Assembly: GCA_017882345.1 (NCBI GenBank)
Contig: JADGPT010000002.1
Location: 1 to 45,582 of the forward strand
DNA: 45,582 bases
Source: Bacteroidales bacterium
GTDB taxonomy: Bacteria; Bacteroidota; Bacteroidia; Bacteroidales; VadinHA17
Direction of reading: 5' to 3'
Position numbers and translations under genes: made by a program
Notes under the pieces: model-generated
Databases searched by the model: none
What the model was told of the DNA's origin: nothing
The model's input: only the letters and a program-made list of their open reading frames with translations
In this document: positions 27,262-37,161 of the stretch, one piece after another
Layout of the letters: each line of letters begins with the position of its first letter
Position numbering within the stretch: the stretch's first letter is position 1

Positions 27262-28509
27262 TTATAATCTTATTTGCCCATTGCCCTCAATAATCCATTT
27301 ATAGGTTGTCAATGCCTCCAACGCCATCGGACCCCGTGCATGTAGTTTTTGCGTAGAAATGCCTATTTCCGCTCCAAGTCCGAATTCCGATCCATCAGTA
27401 AATGCTGTTGAGGCATTTGCATAAATTGATGAAGCATCTACTATGTTATAGAACAATTGAACAATATTTTTGTTCTCAGAAATAATTGCTTCACTGTGTT
27501 TTGATCCGAACTCAGAAATATGGTCTACTGCCTCATCGAATGAACTAACAGTTTTTATAGCCATTTTATATGAAAGAAATTCAGTGCCAAATGACTCACT
27601 ATTGGCTCTTTGAAGAAACTCAAACGGGTATTTGCCAGTTAATGCCAGATAAGCTCTTTCATCAGCATAAATAACGACGCTGGAATCAGCGCAGAGACCA
27701 ACAAGATAACCAAGATCATCTAAGCGCTTTTCATGTATAATCAGACAGTCCAGGGCATTACAAACACTTACCCTGCGTGTCTTTGCATTATAAATTATTT
27801 GCCGGCCCTTAACCTTATCTCCGGATTCATCAAAATAGGTATGACAAATACCAGCTCCTGTCTCTATAACCGGAATTGAGGCATTATCACGTACATAATC
27901 AATAAGTTCTCTACTCCCTCGTGGAATAATGAGATCTACAAATGCCCTTGCATTTAATAACTGAGTAGTTTCCTCCCTTCCTGCAGGCAGAAGTGTCAGG
28001 ATATCCTGGTCAACTCCATTTTTCTGAAGTATTTCCCTGATTAGCTTTACGATAGCTGTATTTGAATTGATTGCATCACTTCCCCCTTTAAGAATACATG
28101 CATTACCCGATTTCAGACAAAGAGAAAATACATCAAAAGTAACATTTGGCCTCGCTTCATAAATAATTCCGACTACCCCAAAAGGAACTGATATCTTCGA
28201 AATTACTAATCCGTTTTGTCTTGTATTTCTCATAAGAATATTGCCCTGTGGACTTGGCAGCTTAACTACATTCCTGATATCTGATGCAATACTCTCAATT
28301 CGTTCGGCAGTTAAAACCAAGCGGTCATAACCCGGGTCCGATTCCTTCATCATAGCCAGGTCCTTTTGATTCTCTTCTAAAATGTATTTTGTATTATCAA
28401 CAGCCGTTTCTGCAACTGATAAAAGTATCTTATCAATAATATCCCTGTCCAGAACAGTTAATGCCCGGCTGGCTTTTTTTGCGTTCCTGAAAAGAGGTGT
28501 ACAATCCAT
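27262..28509 (-). CDS. proA: Glutamate-5-semialdehyde dehydrogenase (gamma-glutamyl phosphate reductase)
   Basis: [10 protein letters not shown], catalytic Cys context [22 protein letters not shown] and [17 protein letters not shown]. Length is 415 aa. Confidence 0.9.
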   Translation of the reverse strand: MDCTPLFRNAKKASRALTVLDRDIIDKILLSVAETAVDNTKYILEENQKDLAMMKESDPGYDRLVLTAERIESIASDIRNVVKLPSPQGNILMRNTRQNGLVISKISVPFGVVGIIYEARPNVTFDVFSLCLKSGNACILKGGSDAINSNTAIVKLIREILQKNGVDQDILTLLPAGREETTQLLNARAFVDLIIPRGSRELIDYVRDNASIPVIETGAGICHTYFDESGDKVKGRQIIYNAKTRRVSVCNALDCLIIHEKRLDDLGYLVGLCADSSVVIYADERAYLALTGKYPFEFLQRANSESFGTEFLSYKMAIKTVSSFDEAVDHISEFGSKHSEAIISENKNIVQLFYNIVDASSIYANASTAFTDGSEFGLGAEIGISTQKLHARGPMALEALTTYKWIIEGNGQIRL

Positions 28510-28538
28510 TTGATAATTTACAAATTGAAACCTAATCT

Positions 28539-29720
28539 TTATTCCTGGTAAATGGACTTATTTCTTTCATTTATAACCATATAATCATAATGAATAAATG
28601 GTTTGCTGAGTTTTTCTCCGATATTCTGCTCAGCTTTTTTTGAGTCATACTGCGATTTACCTAATCCAATATTGTTTCCGTCTTCATCAACAATCCTGAC
28701 AATATCACCGTTTCTGAAAAATCCATCAATTCTGGTGATCCCGATCATAAGCAGGCTGGTTGCCTTTTCATCAAGCAGAGCTTCCTTTGCACCTGTATTA
28801 ATGACTACCGCACCTTTTGCAAAAGTATCCGAATGGGATAGCCATTTTTTCACCCCTGTTTCTCTTTTACTACTTGCAATAAATTGAGTATAGGGTACAT
28901 TTTTTCTCCTGACAATATCGGTTATTATGGAGTCTCGTGTTCCATTTGCAATAAACACATCAACACCCTGAGAAGCAATTTTACGGGCAATTGTACATTT
29001 AGTGATCATTCCGCCTCTCCCGAATCCCGATTTCACGCTGGAGATGTATTTATCGAGGTCTTCAGACTCTTTATCTATCCTGGTAATTAGTTCAGTCCCC
29101 TTCTTCCCCGGAATTCCATTATAAACACCATCAACATTCGTAAGAATTATAAGCGATTTACAGTCCATCATTGATGAAATAAGTCCTGACAATTCATCAT
29201 TATCAGTGAACATCAGTTCATTAATCGAAATAGTATCATTCTCATTTACAATGGGTAATACACGATTCTCAAGCATTGCTGAGATACAGTTCTTCATGTT
29301 CAGGTAATGTCTCCTGTCCCTGAAACTTTCTTTTGTAGCCAGAAGCTGGCCTGCCTGAATCCCATATTTGCCGAATAGAAACTGATATGATGACATAAGT
29401 TTGACCTGACCTATTGCAGCCCAGATCTGCTTTGCGGCTACTATGTTTGTCTTCTTTAAGGGAGTTACCTCGCTACGGCCTGCAGCAACAGCTCCTGAAG
29501 AGATTAAAACAACCTCGATACCCTGCTTGTATAAAATTGCGATATCCTCAACCAGACGCAATATTCTCCCGTCATTGAGCGAACCATCTGATTGTGTAAT
29601 AACATTACTGCCAACCTTAATAGCAATCCTGTTAAAATCCGGCTTACTGTTTTTCAATTTATAACTATTAACACACGATATGATATAATATGTTGCAAAA
29701 ATAATAGAATAACTGAACAT
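28539..29720 (-). CDS. proB: Glutamate 5-kinase with C-terminal PUA domain
   Basis: [32 protein letters not shown] and the PUA-like [21 protein letters not shown]. The first roughly 21 codons ([21 protein letters not shown]) look like a spurious hydrophobic extension. An in-frame TTG at 29657 would give [16 protein letters not shown]. Confidence 0.85.
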   Translation of the reverse strand: MFSYSIIFATYYIISCVNSYKLKNSKPDFNRIAIKVGSNVITQSDGSLNDGRILRLVEDIAILYKQGIEVVLISSGAVAAGRSEVTPLKKTNIVAAKQIWAAIGQVKLMSSYQFLFGKYGIQAGQLLATKESFRDRRHYLNMKNCISAMLENRVLPIVNENDTISINELMFTDNDELSGLISSMMDCKSLIILTNVDGVYNGIPGKKGTELITRIDKESEDLDKYISSVKSGFGRGGMITKCTIARKIASQGVDVFIANGTRDSIITDIVRRKNVPYTQFIASSKRETGVKKWLSHSDTFAKGAVVINTGAKEALLDEKATSLLMIGITRIDGFFRNGDIVRIVDEDGNNIGLGKSQYDSKKAEQNIGEKLSKPFIHYDYMVINERNKSIYQE

Positions 29721-29959
29721 TTTATAGCAATATTGAATATTTCAGAGTATATATTTAATTCCAGATTCCACCTCCGGTAAAGTACTGTCAGCAGGTACCT
29801 GAAATGAAAACTAATATGATAAGCATGCTTTAAAATTCAAAGTCTCTAATTTACAAATTTGTTAAGTAAATTAACCATTAGAAGATCTTTAATATTAATG
29901 AAAGTCAGGGAATTTTCATATCTTAGTAAGATCAGAACACTCCTCATATCGACAATTTA

Positions 29960-31120
29960 TTATCTGGCATCAATCCAGAATTCAGGTTCAATTTTGGTTC
30001 CCCTGACTGTGCAGTCGTAGCAACCCTTGGAATAGGTAACTACTCTGTAAGGAGGGGGTGGCACCGAGTGACTAATAAGTACCCAGACAGACACCCCGAG
30101 ATTTGGAATAGGCTTGGAACCGGTAACTATAAAGTCTTCGCAGGAAGAATAGGGATTAGCTATTCCATTAAAATTATCATTTATGAAAATCCTTTTGGAT
30201 TTGACCGCTGAGACACTGAAATAACCCAAAACATTTTCATTTGGTTTCTCTATACACAGTATATTACTTGGAATTGAAGCGGGAGTTATATCATACAGGC
30301 TCCCTACCTGTTCAACTATGTTCTGCAGTTTTTCCCAATAAATATATTCATTTTCATTCAGGGAATATTGATTAACAAGGATGCTGTATCTTATTTTCAA
30401 CCGGTCTGTAGTGTTAGTAATATAATTTATCGGATGCTTTTCAATTCTGTCCGAAGAGAATGTGGACGTACTTTTAATGTTTATTTTGTCAGAATTACTG
30501 GATGCCCAACATTGATTGTTTGGAACCGAATATGGGATTTGGAATTTCCAGGTCTCAACATATTCCCAGCGATAGAACCTACAAATGTTTTCCGGATCGT
30601 GAGTGTTTAAATAGATCTGACAACCCTCACCCGATGGCCAGCCATCAGACATCCTTGAAAGGACAATTTTATCATAATAAATGCTGTCGATCGGAGGCAC
30701 AGGCTTCATTAACACAGGGGATGATTGGTAGCTTAGATTCTGATGAGATTCGTTTGTTGCAATACGTAATGTATATGACCTGCCGACAACTCCCTGGAAT
30801 GCCGGATCTGCAATATAAGTTCCGCTAACTGTCTCATGCAAACTGTAATTGTTCCCAATATCATCTGAGATGGTCACAATACATCCAATTAACGGTTTCG
30901 CGGCGTCTTTTCCCCCAAGAGGCAGTGATAAGGAGAGCTTTATAATATTTTGTCCGGGTTGGTCTGTTATAAGGCCTTCAACAACAATTATATCCTTATC
31001 TTCACCGACTAATGGGATAAACTGTTCGATGCAACTGCTAATCAAGATTAAAAATGCAAATAAAAGAACCTTATTTAAAAGTTTAAATAGCTTAACCATA
31101 CACTTACATTTTGTAACCAT
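29960..31120 (-). CDS. DUF4249-family lipoprotein
   Basis: Lipoprotein signal ...LLFAFLILISSC, followed by IIVVEGLITDQPGQNIIKLSLS, which is typical of the DUF4249 N-terminus. It starts 3 nt after the upstream gene. The start may instead be the second ATG at 31099. Confidence 0.6.
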   Translation of the reverse strand: MVTKCKCMVKLFKLLNKVLLFAFLILISSCIEQFIPLVGEDKDIIVVEGLITDQPGQNIIKLSLSLPLGGKDAAKPLIGCIVTISDDIGNNYSLHETVSGTYIADPAFQGVVGRSYTLRIATNESHQNLSYQSSPVLMKPVPPIDSIYYDKIVLSRMSDGWPSGEGCQIYLNTHDPENICRFYRWEYVETWKFQIPYSVPNNQCWASSNSDKINIKSTSTFSSDRIEKHPINYITNTTDRLKIRYSILVNQYSLNENEYIYWEKLQNIVEQVGSLYDITPASIPSNILCIEKPNENVLGYFSVSAVKSKRIFINDNFNGIANPYSSCEDFIVTGSKPIPNLGVSVWVLISHSVPPPPYRVVTYSKGCYDCTVRGTKIEPEFWIDAR

Positions 31121-31123
31121 TTA

Positions 31124-33307
31124 TTACCTCATTATCTTAATTATTTTCTTTAGTGAAAATGCTTTACCCTGTGATGTAATGCCCTGAATATTAACTTCAA
31201 AATCAGATATAAAATCAGATGTCCAGAACTCAACTCTGGCCTTGCCTTCTTTATCAGGTTTTATAGAAGGGTTCCAATAAAGTGTATTTCTGAAATCCGG
31301 AATCCGGCTTTTCTTCAATTCTATGGATGAATAATCGGGTGAGAAGAATGAATAAACAGGATCTATTACTCTGTAAGTCAACCTGATACTACTGCCAGGC
31401 AGTGTTACATTACTGAAATCTCCTGCCTTAGTAATAATATTCACTATGCCATAAAACAAATAATCACCAACAAAATATTTTTCTCTGACAACATCTAAAG
31501 TTTCAACAACCTCAGGATCAAGGTTTGCAATCAATGAAGCGTCTTTAATCGCTACACCGTCAATAAATAGACCAGGCGCTGTCTCATAAGGTTTGTTATT
31601 TTCAGGATTTGCTACAGTTATCTCATATCCCGATTTTTTAGCCTTAAGAGTGATACCTGCTAAAAGTTCAAAAAAGACTTCCTGCATTATAGGCAGGGCA
31701 ATGTACTCTTTCATAATCAGTTCATTATCCGGCTTTCCGTAAAACCTTCTGGGTCCAGGTGAGGAAATTATTGGAGTGAGGATATCTTCTCTGGAAGAAA
31801 TTCCATATATTTTCCTAACCTGGTGATTTGCACCCCAGTCTGATATATAGTCGGGAATCGCATTAATAGTGGAATCAACAAGTGATTCCGATTTAATATA
31901 TTGGTCCGAAAATGGTGATTCAATAATAACAGATTGATTTTTAGTTACTCCATCCGGTTGGATAATTAAATCATTAACCTTTTCATCAATAGGAATTTTG
32001 AAACTGAAATTTCCTTCTTTATCTGTTTTAGCATATTGGAAAACAGCGATTTTACCTGGAGTTGAAAGTAAAACAAACTTATCAGAATCTCCGGCTTTCT
32101 TATCATTAGCAAGCAGTTTTCCTAAAAGAAGATGATCTTCTTTTTCGACCTGATATTTAAAAACAGGCTGCTTATCTTTTAAAATAGTGTTCCAGTTTAT
32201 CCAATTGCTTGTTACAGACTGAAGAAGGCTGTCCATGACCTCTGGCGCAACAGCTTTAACTTTTTTATCTTTAATTGCATTCCCTGGCAGAAATCCAAAT
32301 TCTGTACCAAATACCAAATAATCATTCATATTCATTATTGAATGATTATTAGTTTCAGGGGCAACAGATACGCTGAAATTAGAAGAATTCGGCGTAGTGG
32401 CTAATGCATTATCAAGCTCTAAATCGAGAGATATTTTATTCCTGAGCCCAGAGCTATCGGCTGCATGAAATGCAATAATCGGATCTTCCTTATCCGGAGT
32501 GTAAATGTATCTTTCACCAACAGGCTGACCTTTTGAATTAAAAACAGTTATTTGATTAATCCCGGCTAGTAGCTGATTTTTAGGAATAGATATTTTTGTA
32601 TTCTCCCCACTTAACAACTCCGAACTTATATGGTTAATTATTCCATGTGTCTGAATAAACAAATAAATCTGATTACTATTTTCAGAGTGGTATTTTTCAT
32701 CAGTTACTATATAGATTCCCAGGACATCGGGTTTTAGATTATCTGTTTTTACTATCAGTCCGGTATTTAGCCGTACCGTATTATCATTAATTCTGACCTC
32801 TCCATTAATGATCTTACCTGTATTGACTTTCCCTTTAATTGTTTTGTTACTAAAGGCATTATAGATCCGAACTTCCTTAGTGAAGCAATTATATGGCAGG
32901 AAATTTTTCATCCAGCTGGTATATGCCCTTATGATATAAGTCCCGGTACTCAATGTATCTGGCAGAGAAATTTGTCCCGGACCAAAACCTTCATCGAGCA
33001 ATATCCTTTTTTGCAAAATCGGACGATTTTCCTGGTTAAGTAGTTCGAAATAGGCAATTTTACTTTCAGATGAGGTTTTCAAACTTTGTCTGTCAATCAA
33101 ATACAGATTAAACCACAGATCTTCTCCTGACATATATTCCTCCCTGTCAGAGTGAATAAATATTTCTTCTCTGGGAACTGATTTTGTATAGTTCAAAAAC
33201 TTTTGACTAAGAAAATCAGTCATATTCATCGGCGTCTGACCACATATCCCTTCCAGAAATAGAATATGTATCAGGAAAAGTATCGCCGGTTTTAATTTTT
33301 TTATCAT
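31124..33307 (-). CDS. Secreted MG2-like (alpha-2-macroglobulin-type) protein with a Plug-like C-terminal region and no beta-barrel
   Basis: It has a signal peptide. An MG2-like segment reads IFIHSDREEYMSGEDLWFNLYLID...GQISLPDTLSTGTYIIRAYT. The C-terminal segment LFIDGVAIKD...VETLDVVREKYFVGDYLFYGIVNIITKAG resembles a TonB-receptor plug. There is no C-terminal aromatic OMP signal. Confidence 0.45.
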   Translation of the reverse strand: MIKKLKPAILFLIHILFLEGICGQTPMNMTDFLSQKFLNYTKSVPREEIFIHSDREEYMSGEDLWFNLYLIDRQSLKTSSESKIAYFELLNQENRPILQKRILLDEGFGPGQISLPDTLSTGTYIIRAYTSWMKNFLPYNCFTKEVRIYNAFSNKTIKGKVNTGKIINGEVRINDNTVRLNTGLIVKTDNLKPDVLGIYIVTDEKYHSENSNQIYLFIQTHGIINHISSELLSGENTKISIPKNQLLAGINQITVFNSKGQPVGERYIYTPDKEDPIIAFHAADSSGLRNKISLDLELDNALATTPNSSNFSVSVAPETNNHSIMNMNDYLVFGTEFGFLPGNAIKDKKVKAVAPEVMDSLLQSVTSNWINWNTILKDKQPVFKYQVEKEDHLLLGKLLANDKKAGDSDKFVLLSTPGKIAVFQYAKTDKEGNFSFKIPIDEKVNDLIIQPDGVTKNQSVIIESPFSDQYIKSESLVDSTINAIPDYISDWGANHQVRKIYGISSREDILTPIISSPGPRRFYGKPDNELIMKEYIALPIMQEVFFELLAGITLKAKKSGYEITVANPENNKPYETAPGLFIDGVAIKDASLIANLDPEVVETLDVVREKYFVGDYLFYGIVNIITKAGDFSNVTLPGSSIRLTYRVIDPVYSFFSPDYSSIELKKSRIPDFRNTLYWNPSIKPDKEGKARVEFWTSDFISDFEVNIQGITSQGKAFSLKKIIKIMR

Positions 33308-33446
33308 TTATAATACTTTCATCGATAATTCGTTACTATCTTACTCCCAGAAATCAGGTTTTTTAATTGAACCTATTAGCGTACAATCAGCGCAAATCGT
33401 GATAAATAACAAAAATAATATTTGTCCTGTATACTTCATAATTGAT

Positions 33447-36179
33447 TTAAAAGTCAAAACTAAAAGTTACGGATGGTATAGCTCTGCCAAACACTGACAA
33501 TTTGTAGCCCTTTACCATATCTCCCTCTTTTTTGAAATAAATTGAGTAAACATTCTGTCTGCCAAGAACATTGTAAACTGAGAAAGTCCAGTAAGGATGG
33601 GCAATTTTGTGCGACTTAAGATTCCCACTTACTCTTAAGGAAAGATCAAGTCGCGAATAATCGGGAATTCTATACTCATTCCTGTCGGAATAGGTTACCA
33701 TTAACTTATCACCTACCCGATATGTAGCTATTGGATAGGTTATTGGACGGCCTGTGCTCCATGTATAGTTAGATGAGAAACTTAAACGACGGGAGAAGAG
33801 ATAATTAAATGTGACAACAAGGTCATTTGGTTTATCAAAATTAGCAGGGAACCATTTACCTGAATTAATAATTTCGTCACTGAAAGCGCTAAGACTTTTT
33901 ACAAAGGTCCTGGAATAAGTATAACCAATACTATAGCGAATTTTGCCTTCGGTTTTTTTCAATACCAATTCCAAACCATAAGCTTTACCCCTCACATTTA
34001 CAATATCTTTTTCAATATTTTCATCCATTATAAGATTTGTGCCTCCTTTAAAGTCGACCATATTCCTTATCTCCTTATAATATATCTCAGCAGAAACCTC
34101 AAAGTTGTTTTTGAACAACATTTCATAAAAGCCCAGTGCAACCTGGTCACCAATCTGGGGTTTCAGATAATAATCACTGAGTTTCCAGGTATCTGTCGGA
34201 GATATTGAGGTTGAATTTGAAAGAAGATGAAGGTATTGCCTGGTTCTGTTATAATTTATCTTAATGGAATTCTTATCGCTAATTCTGAAATTTAATGAAA
34301 CTCTGAACTCGGGACCTGCATATTTGCTGGTGATCTCACCGGATTTGAAGTTTAGAGTATCTATTACTGTTGATTTGCTTTTTGATTGTTCAGGATTGTA
34401 TATCATCACACTTTGAGGGCCTAAAGAGAAAAAAGATGACATTCTCATTCCGATATTAACTGAGAGAAAATCGGTCAGAAGCAATTTGTCATCAATGTAA
34501 AGCGCGCTTTCCCATGCACGTTCTTTTTCTATAGTTCGTGGAATAACCAGAGATGAATTGCTTAGAGGAAGATAACTCCCCGGAGAGATAGAGTACCGGG
34601 TAAGGTCAAGGCCAAAATTAATCTCATTTCGTCCAAGAAACCAGTTAAAATCTGTTTTTAATCCTGAACTGTTTATTTTATGCGAAAGCACAAAGGCCTC
34701 AGATGGAAGATACTGGCTTGTGATATCGTAATTATAGGAACTATTATTTACTGAAAGTGAAGAAAAAAACCGGCTATTGAAAAAATGACGCCACTTTACG
34801 GCAAAAATATTGTTGTTATAACTGTAAACCGTGTCGGAGTTGAACCGGAATGCGTCGTGACTGGTATATGCAGAAAAATCTATTTTGTTGTTTTTATTTA
34901 AGTCATAAGTTACTTTACCGTTCAAATCATAGAAGGAGGCCCTGCTTTTGTGAAGAGCCGGGTCACGAATCAAACCGAATATCCAGTTAGAGTATGTGGT
35001 ACGGGCAGTAAGGATATAAGTAAGTGTATCTTTTATGATCGGACCTTCTACCGATATATGCGTTGTAATGGGGCTTATGCCCGCATTGCCGGCAAATTCT
35101 TTTCTGTTTCCTTCTCGTGATACTATATCAAGTACTGAGGAAATTCTTCCTCCATACCGACTGGGTATGCCACCTTTATATAATGTAACATCTTTAATTA
35201 TATCGGAATTGACTGCTGAAAAGAATCCGAAGAAATGTGAGGAATTGTAAATAGGTGTTCCATAAAGGAGGATCAGGTTCTGGTCAGCAGAACCGCCTCT
35301 GACGTTAAAACCCGCTGAGCCTTCTCCAACAGACTGAACACCAGGAATTAAAAGAACACTTTTTATTATATCCGATTCTCCCATTGATGTTGGCAATAGC
35401 TTAAAGGACGTTATATTGATCTTTTCTGCACCAACCTCAAATCGCTGTAGTGTAACACTTTTCTGTGCTGATACAACTGTTTCTTTTAAAGGAATCATAA
35501 CACTGTTCATGTCAACATTGAGTTCACCAGTCCCATAAAGATTTAGATTAACCATTTTTTCTCTCATACCCATGAATGAAAACTGGAGTATGTGAACTCC
35601 CCTTGGTAGTGTTAAGGTATAAAATCCATACTCGTTAGAGATTGTACCTGCCGCAAGATTCTGAATGAATAGGGTTACTCCTGGTACAGGTTCCTTTGTA
35701 TCCTTATTGGTGATATACCCTGAGATTATTACATTTCCTGGTTTATTTTTTTCAGCCGGGTTTCCGATTTCTACCGAAGTATTTCCAGCCGTCCGCTGGT
35801 TTTCTGCAGAACTCGAATAATCAGTCGGAGGAAGAAACTTATTGTTTTTTTCCACCGTAGTAGCTGTAATCTTAACAGCATAATTATTTGTAATCACTAC
35901 ATTTCCAGAGCGATCTATGTAATAATAAAGAGTTGTTTCCCTTAGAAGATTGTCCATAACACACGACAGTGAAGTACAATCAGGATAATCACCTATCTTC
36001 AGATCCTTAACCCATTCATCCATATAGAAGAATTTTACCGGAAGAATACTTTCAACTCCTGACACAAAATCTGTAAATGGGACATCCTTATAATTTGATG
36101 AAATCTTGTATTTTTCCTGTGCTGCAAGATTCAATGATAAGTACAAGATTAAAAGGAGAATATAGATCTTAGGTTTCAT
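33447..36179 (-). CDS. TonB-dependent outer-membrane receptor with N-terminal STN-like and CarboxypepD_reg-like domains
   Basis: Signal peptide, then an STN-like segment (KDVPFTDFVSGVESILPVKFFY...LSCVMDNLLRETTLYYYIDRSGNVVIT). CarboxypepD_reg follows (ISGYITNKDTKEPVPGVTLFIQNLAAGTISNEYGFYTL). The plug reads DIIKSVLLIPGVQS...FNVRGGSADQNLILLYG. A long beta-rich barrel ends in a terminal Phe (TFSFDF). Confidence 0.85.
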   Translation of the reverse strand: MKPKIYILLLILYLSLNLAAQEKYKISSNYKDVPFTDFVSGVESILPVKFFYMDEWVKDLKIGDYPDCTSLSCVMDNLLRETTLYYYIDRSGNVVITNNYAVKITATTVEKNNKFLPPTDYSSSAENQRTAGNTSVEIGNPAEKNKPGNVIISGYITNKDTKEPVPGVTLFIQNLAAGTISNEYGFYTLTLPRGVHILQFSFMGMREKMVNLNLYGTGELNVDMNSVMIPLKETVVSAQKSVTLQRFEVGAEKINITSFKLLPTSMGESDIIKSVLLIPGVQSVGEGSAGFNVRGGSADQNLILLYGTPIYNSSHFFGFFSAVNSDIIKDVTLYKGGIPSRYGGRISSVLDIVSREGNRKEFAGNAGISPITTHISVEGPIIKDTLTYILTARTTYSNWIFGLIRDPALHKSRASFYDLNGKVTYDLNKNNKIDFSAYTSHDAFRFNSDTVYSYNNNIFAVKWRHFFNSRFFSSLSVNNSSYNYDITSQYLPSEAFVLSHKINSSGLKTDFNWFLGRNEINFGLDLTRYSISPGSYLPLSNSSLVIPRTIEKERAWESALYIDDKLLLTDFLSVNIGMRMSSFFSLGPQSVMIYNPEQSKSKSTVIDTLNFKSGEITSKYAGPEFRVSLNFRISDKNSIKINYNRTRQYLHLLSNSTSISPTDTWKLSDYYLKPQIGDQVALGFYEMLFKNNFEVSAEIYYKEIRNMVDFKGGTNLIMDENIEKDIVNVRGKAYGLELVLKKTEGKIRYSIGYTYSRTFVKSLSAFSDEIINSGKWFPANFDKPNDLVVTFNYLFSRRLSFSSNYTWSTGRPITYPIATYRVGDKLMVTYSDRNEYRIPDYSRLDLSLRVSGNLKSHKIAHPYWTFSVYNVLGRQNVYSIYFKKEGDMVKGYKLSVFGRAIPSVTFSFDF

Positions 36180-36189
36180 AAATACAGGT

Positions 36190-36903
36190 CTATTGGCTTA
36201 AACTATCATAATACCTGATTACAGGAATAAAGCTTCCGGGCACCTTTTTCGAAACCCGTAGTCCATTTTTTTTCATGAAAGCTTTAATTTGGGTTTTATC
36301 TTCCTGTAAAGCTTTTAATAAATCACCTTTACCGCTTAACTGATACACGGTTCCTTTTTTCACGAAGTAGATTTTATGTGTTTGAAAAAACAGATCGTAT
36401 TTATCATCAACTGCCAGCAAATCAATTTCTTTCTTATATTTTACATAGAGCGCTGATTTCCCGTTATATAAGACATTAACATAACCTTTGATCCCCGTTA
36501 GACTATCTGCCTGGGTATTTTTGAACAAATATGTTTTAAATTCAAAGACCAGAGTAAAACTGTCGATCATCTCCTTGTTCAATTGAAGAATAACCCCATT
36601 ATTTTTGGAGGTGGTTATCTCATCATTATAAATATCATAATTGATATTTAAATTTTTATAAGATTTCCCATTAACTGTCACTGAACCCGGCAAATAGTCT
36701 TTGGAAAAAAGGAATTGATCTCCCTTGACACTGGTAAAGTGATTACGCCAAACTTTGCCATTATAAAGAATCTGATTTTCTTTAAGAGGATCCTGCTGAC
36801 TTATATTAACCGCGACAGACTTTCCAATAGCTGCTGAACCAGAGAAACAATAACCTGTGAGAAAAGCAATTAAGAATAAATATAATAGATTTTTTCTGTT
36901 CAT
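36190..36903 (-). CDS. Secreted hypothetical protein, first gene of the receptor operon
   Basis: Signal peptide MNRKNLLYLFLIAFLTGYCFSGSAA. I recognise no family. Its stop lies 10 nt upstream of the receptor start. Confidence 0.5.
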   Translation of the reverse strand: MNRKNLLYLFLIAFLTGYCFSGSAAIGKSVAVNISQQDPLKENQILYNGKVWRNHFTSVKGDQFLFSKDYLPGSVTVNGKSYKNLNINYDIYNDEITTSKNNGVILQLNKEMIDSFTLVFEFKTYLFKNTQADSLTGIKGYVNVLYNGKSALYVKYKKEIDLLAVDDKYDLFFQTHKIYFVKKGTVYQLSGKGDLLKALQEDKTQIKAFMKKNGLRVSKKVPGSFIPVIRYYDSLSQ

Positions 36904-37161
36904 TAAAAATTTTACTAGTAGCTAATTTAGCATCCCGGATTAATTGATAGTGAAATAGGGAAATGATAAAAGGAATTTGCACGAAGAGATTAATGATGAA
37001 AGGGATATAAAACTTATCAGAATATTATTGATATACATGGAATTGAGATTCTGGATTAATTAAGGATTGATAAGTTCATAAAGTTATAAAAATAGATCAG
37101 AGAGCCTTTAGAGTTGCATACTAAAAGTTTCTATTTTAATATAATTTAACATTGCAGGTGC

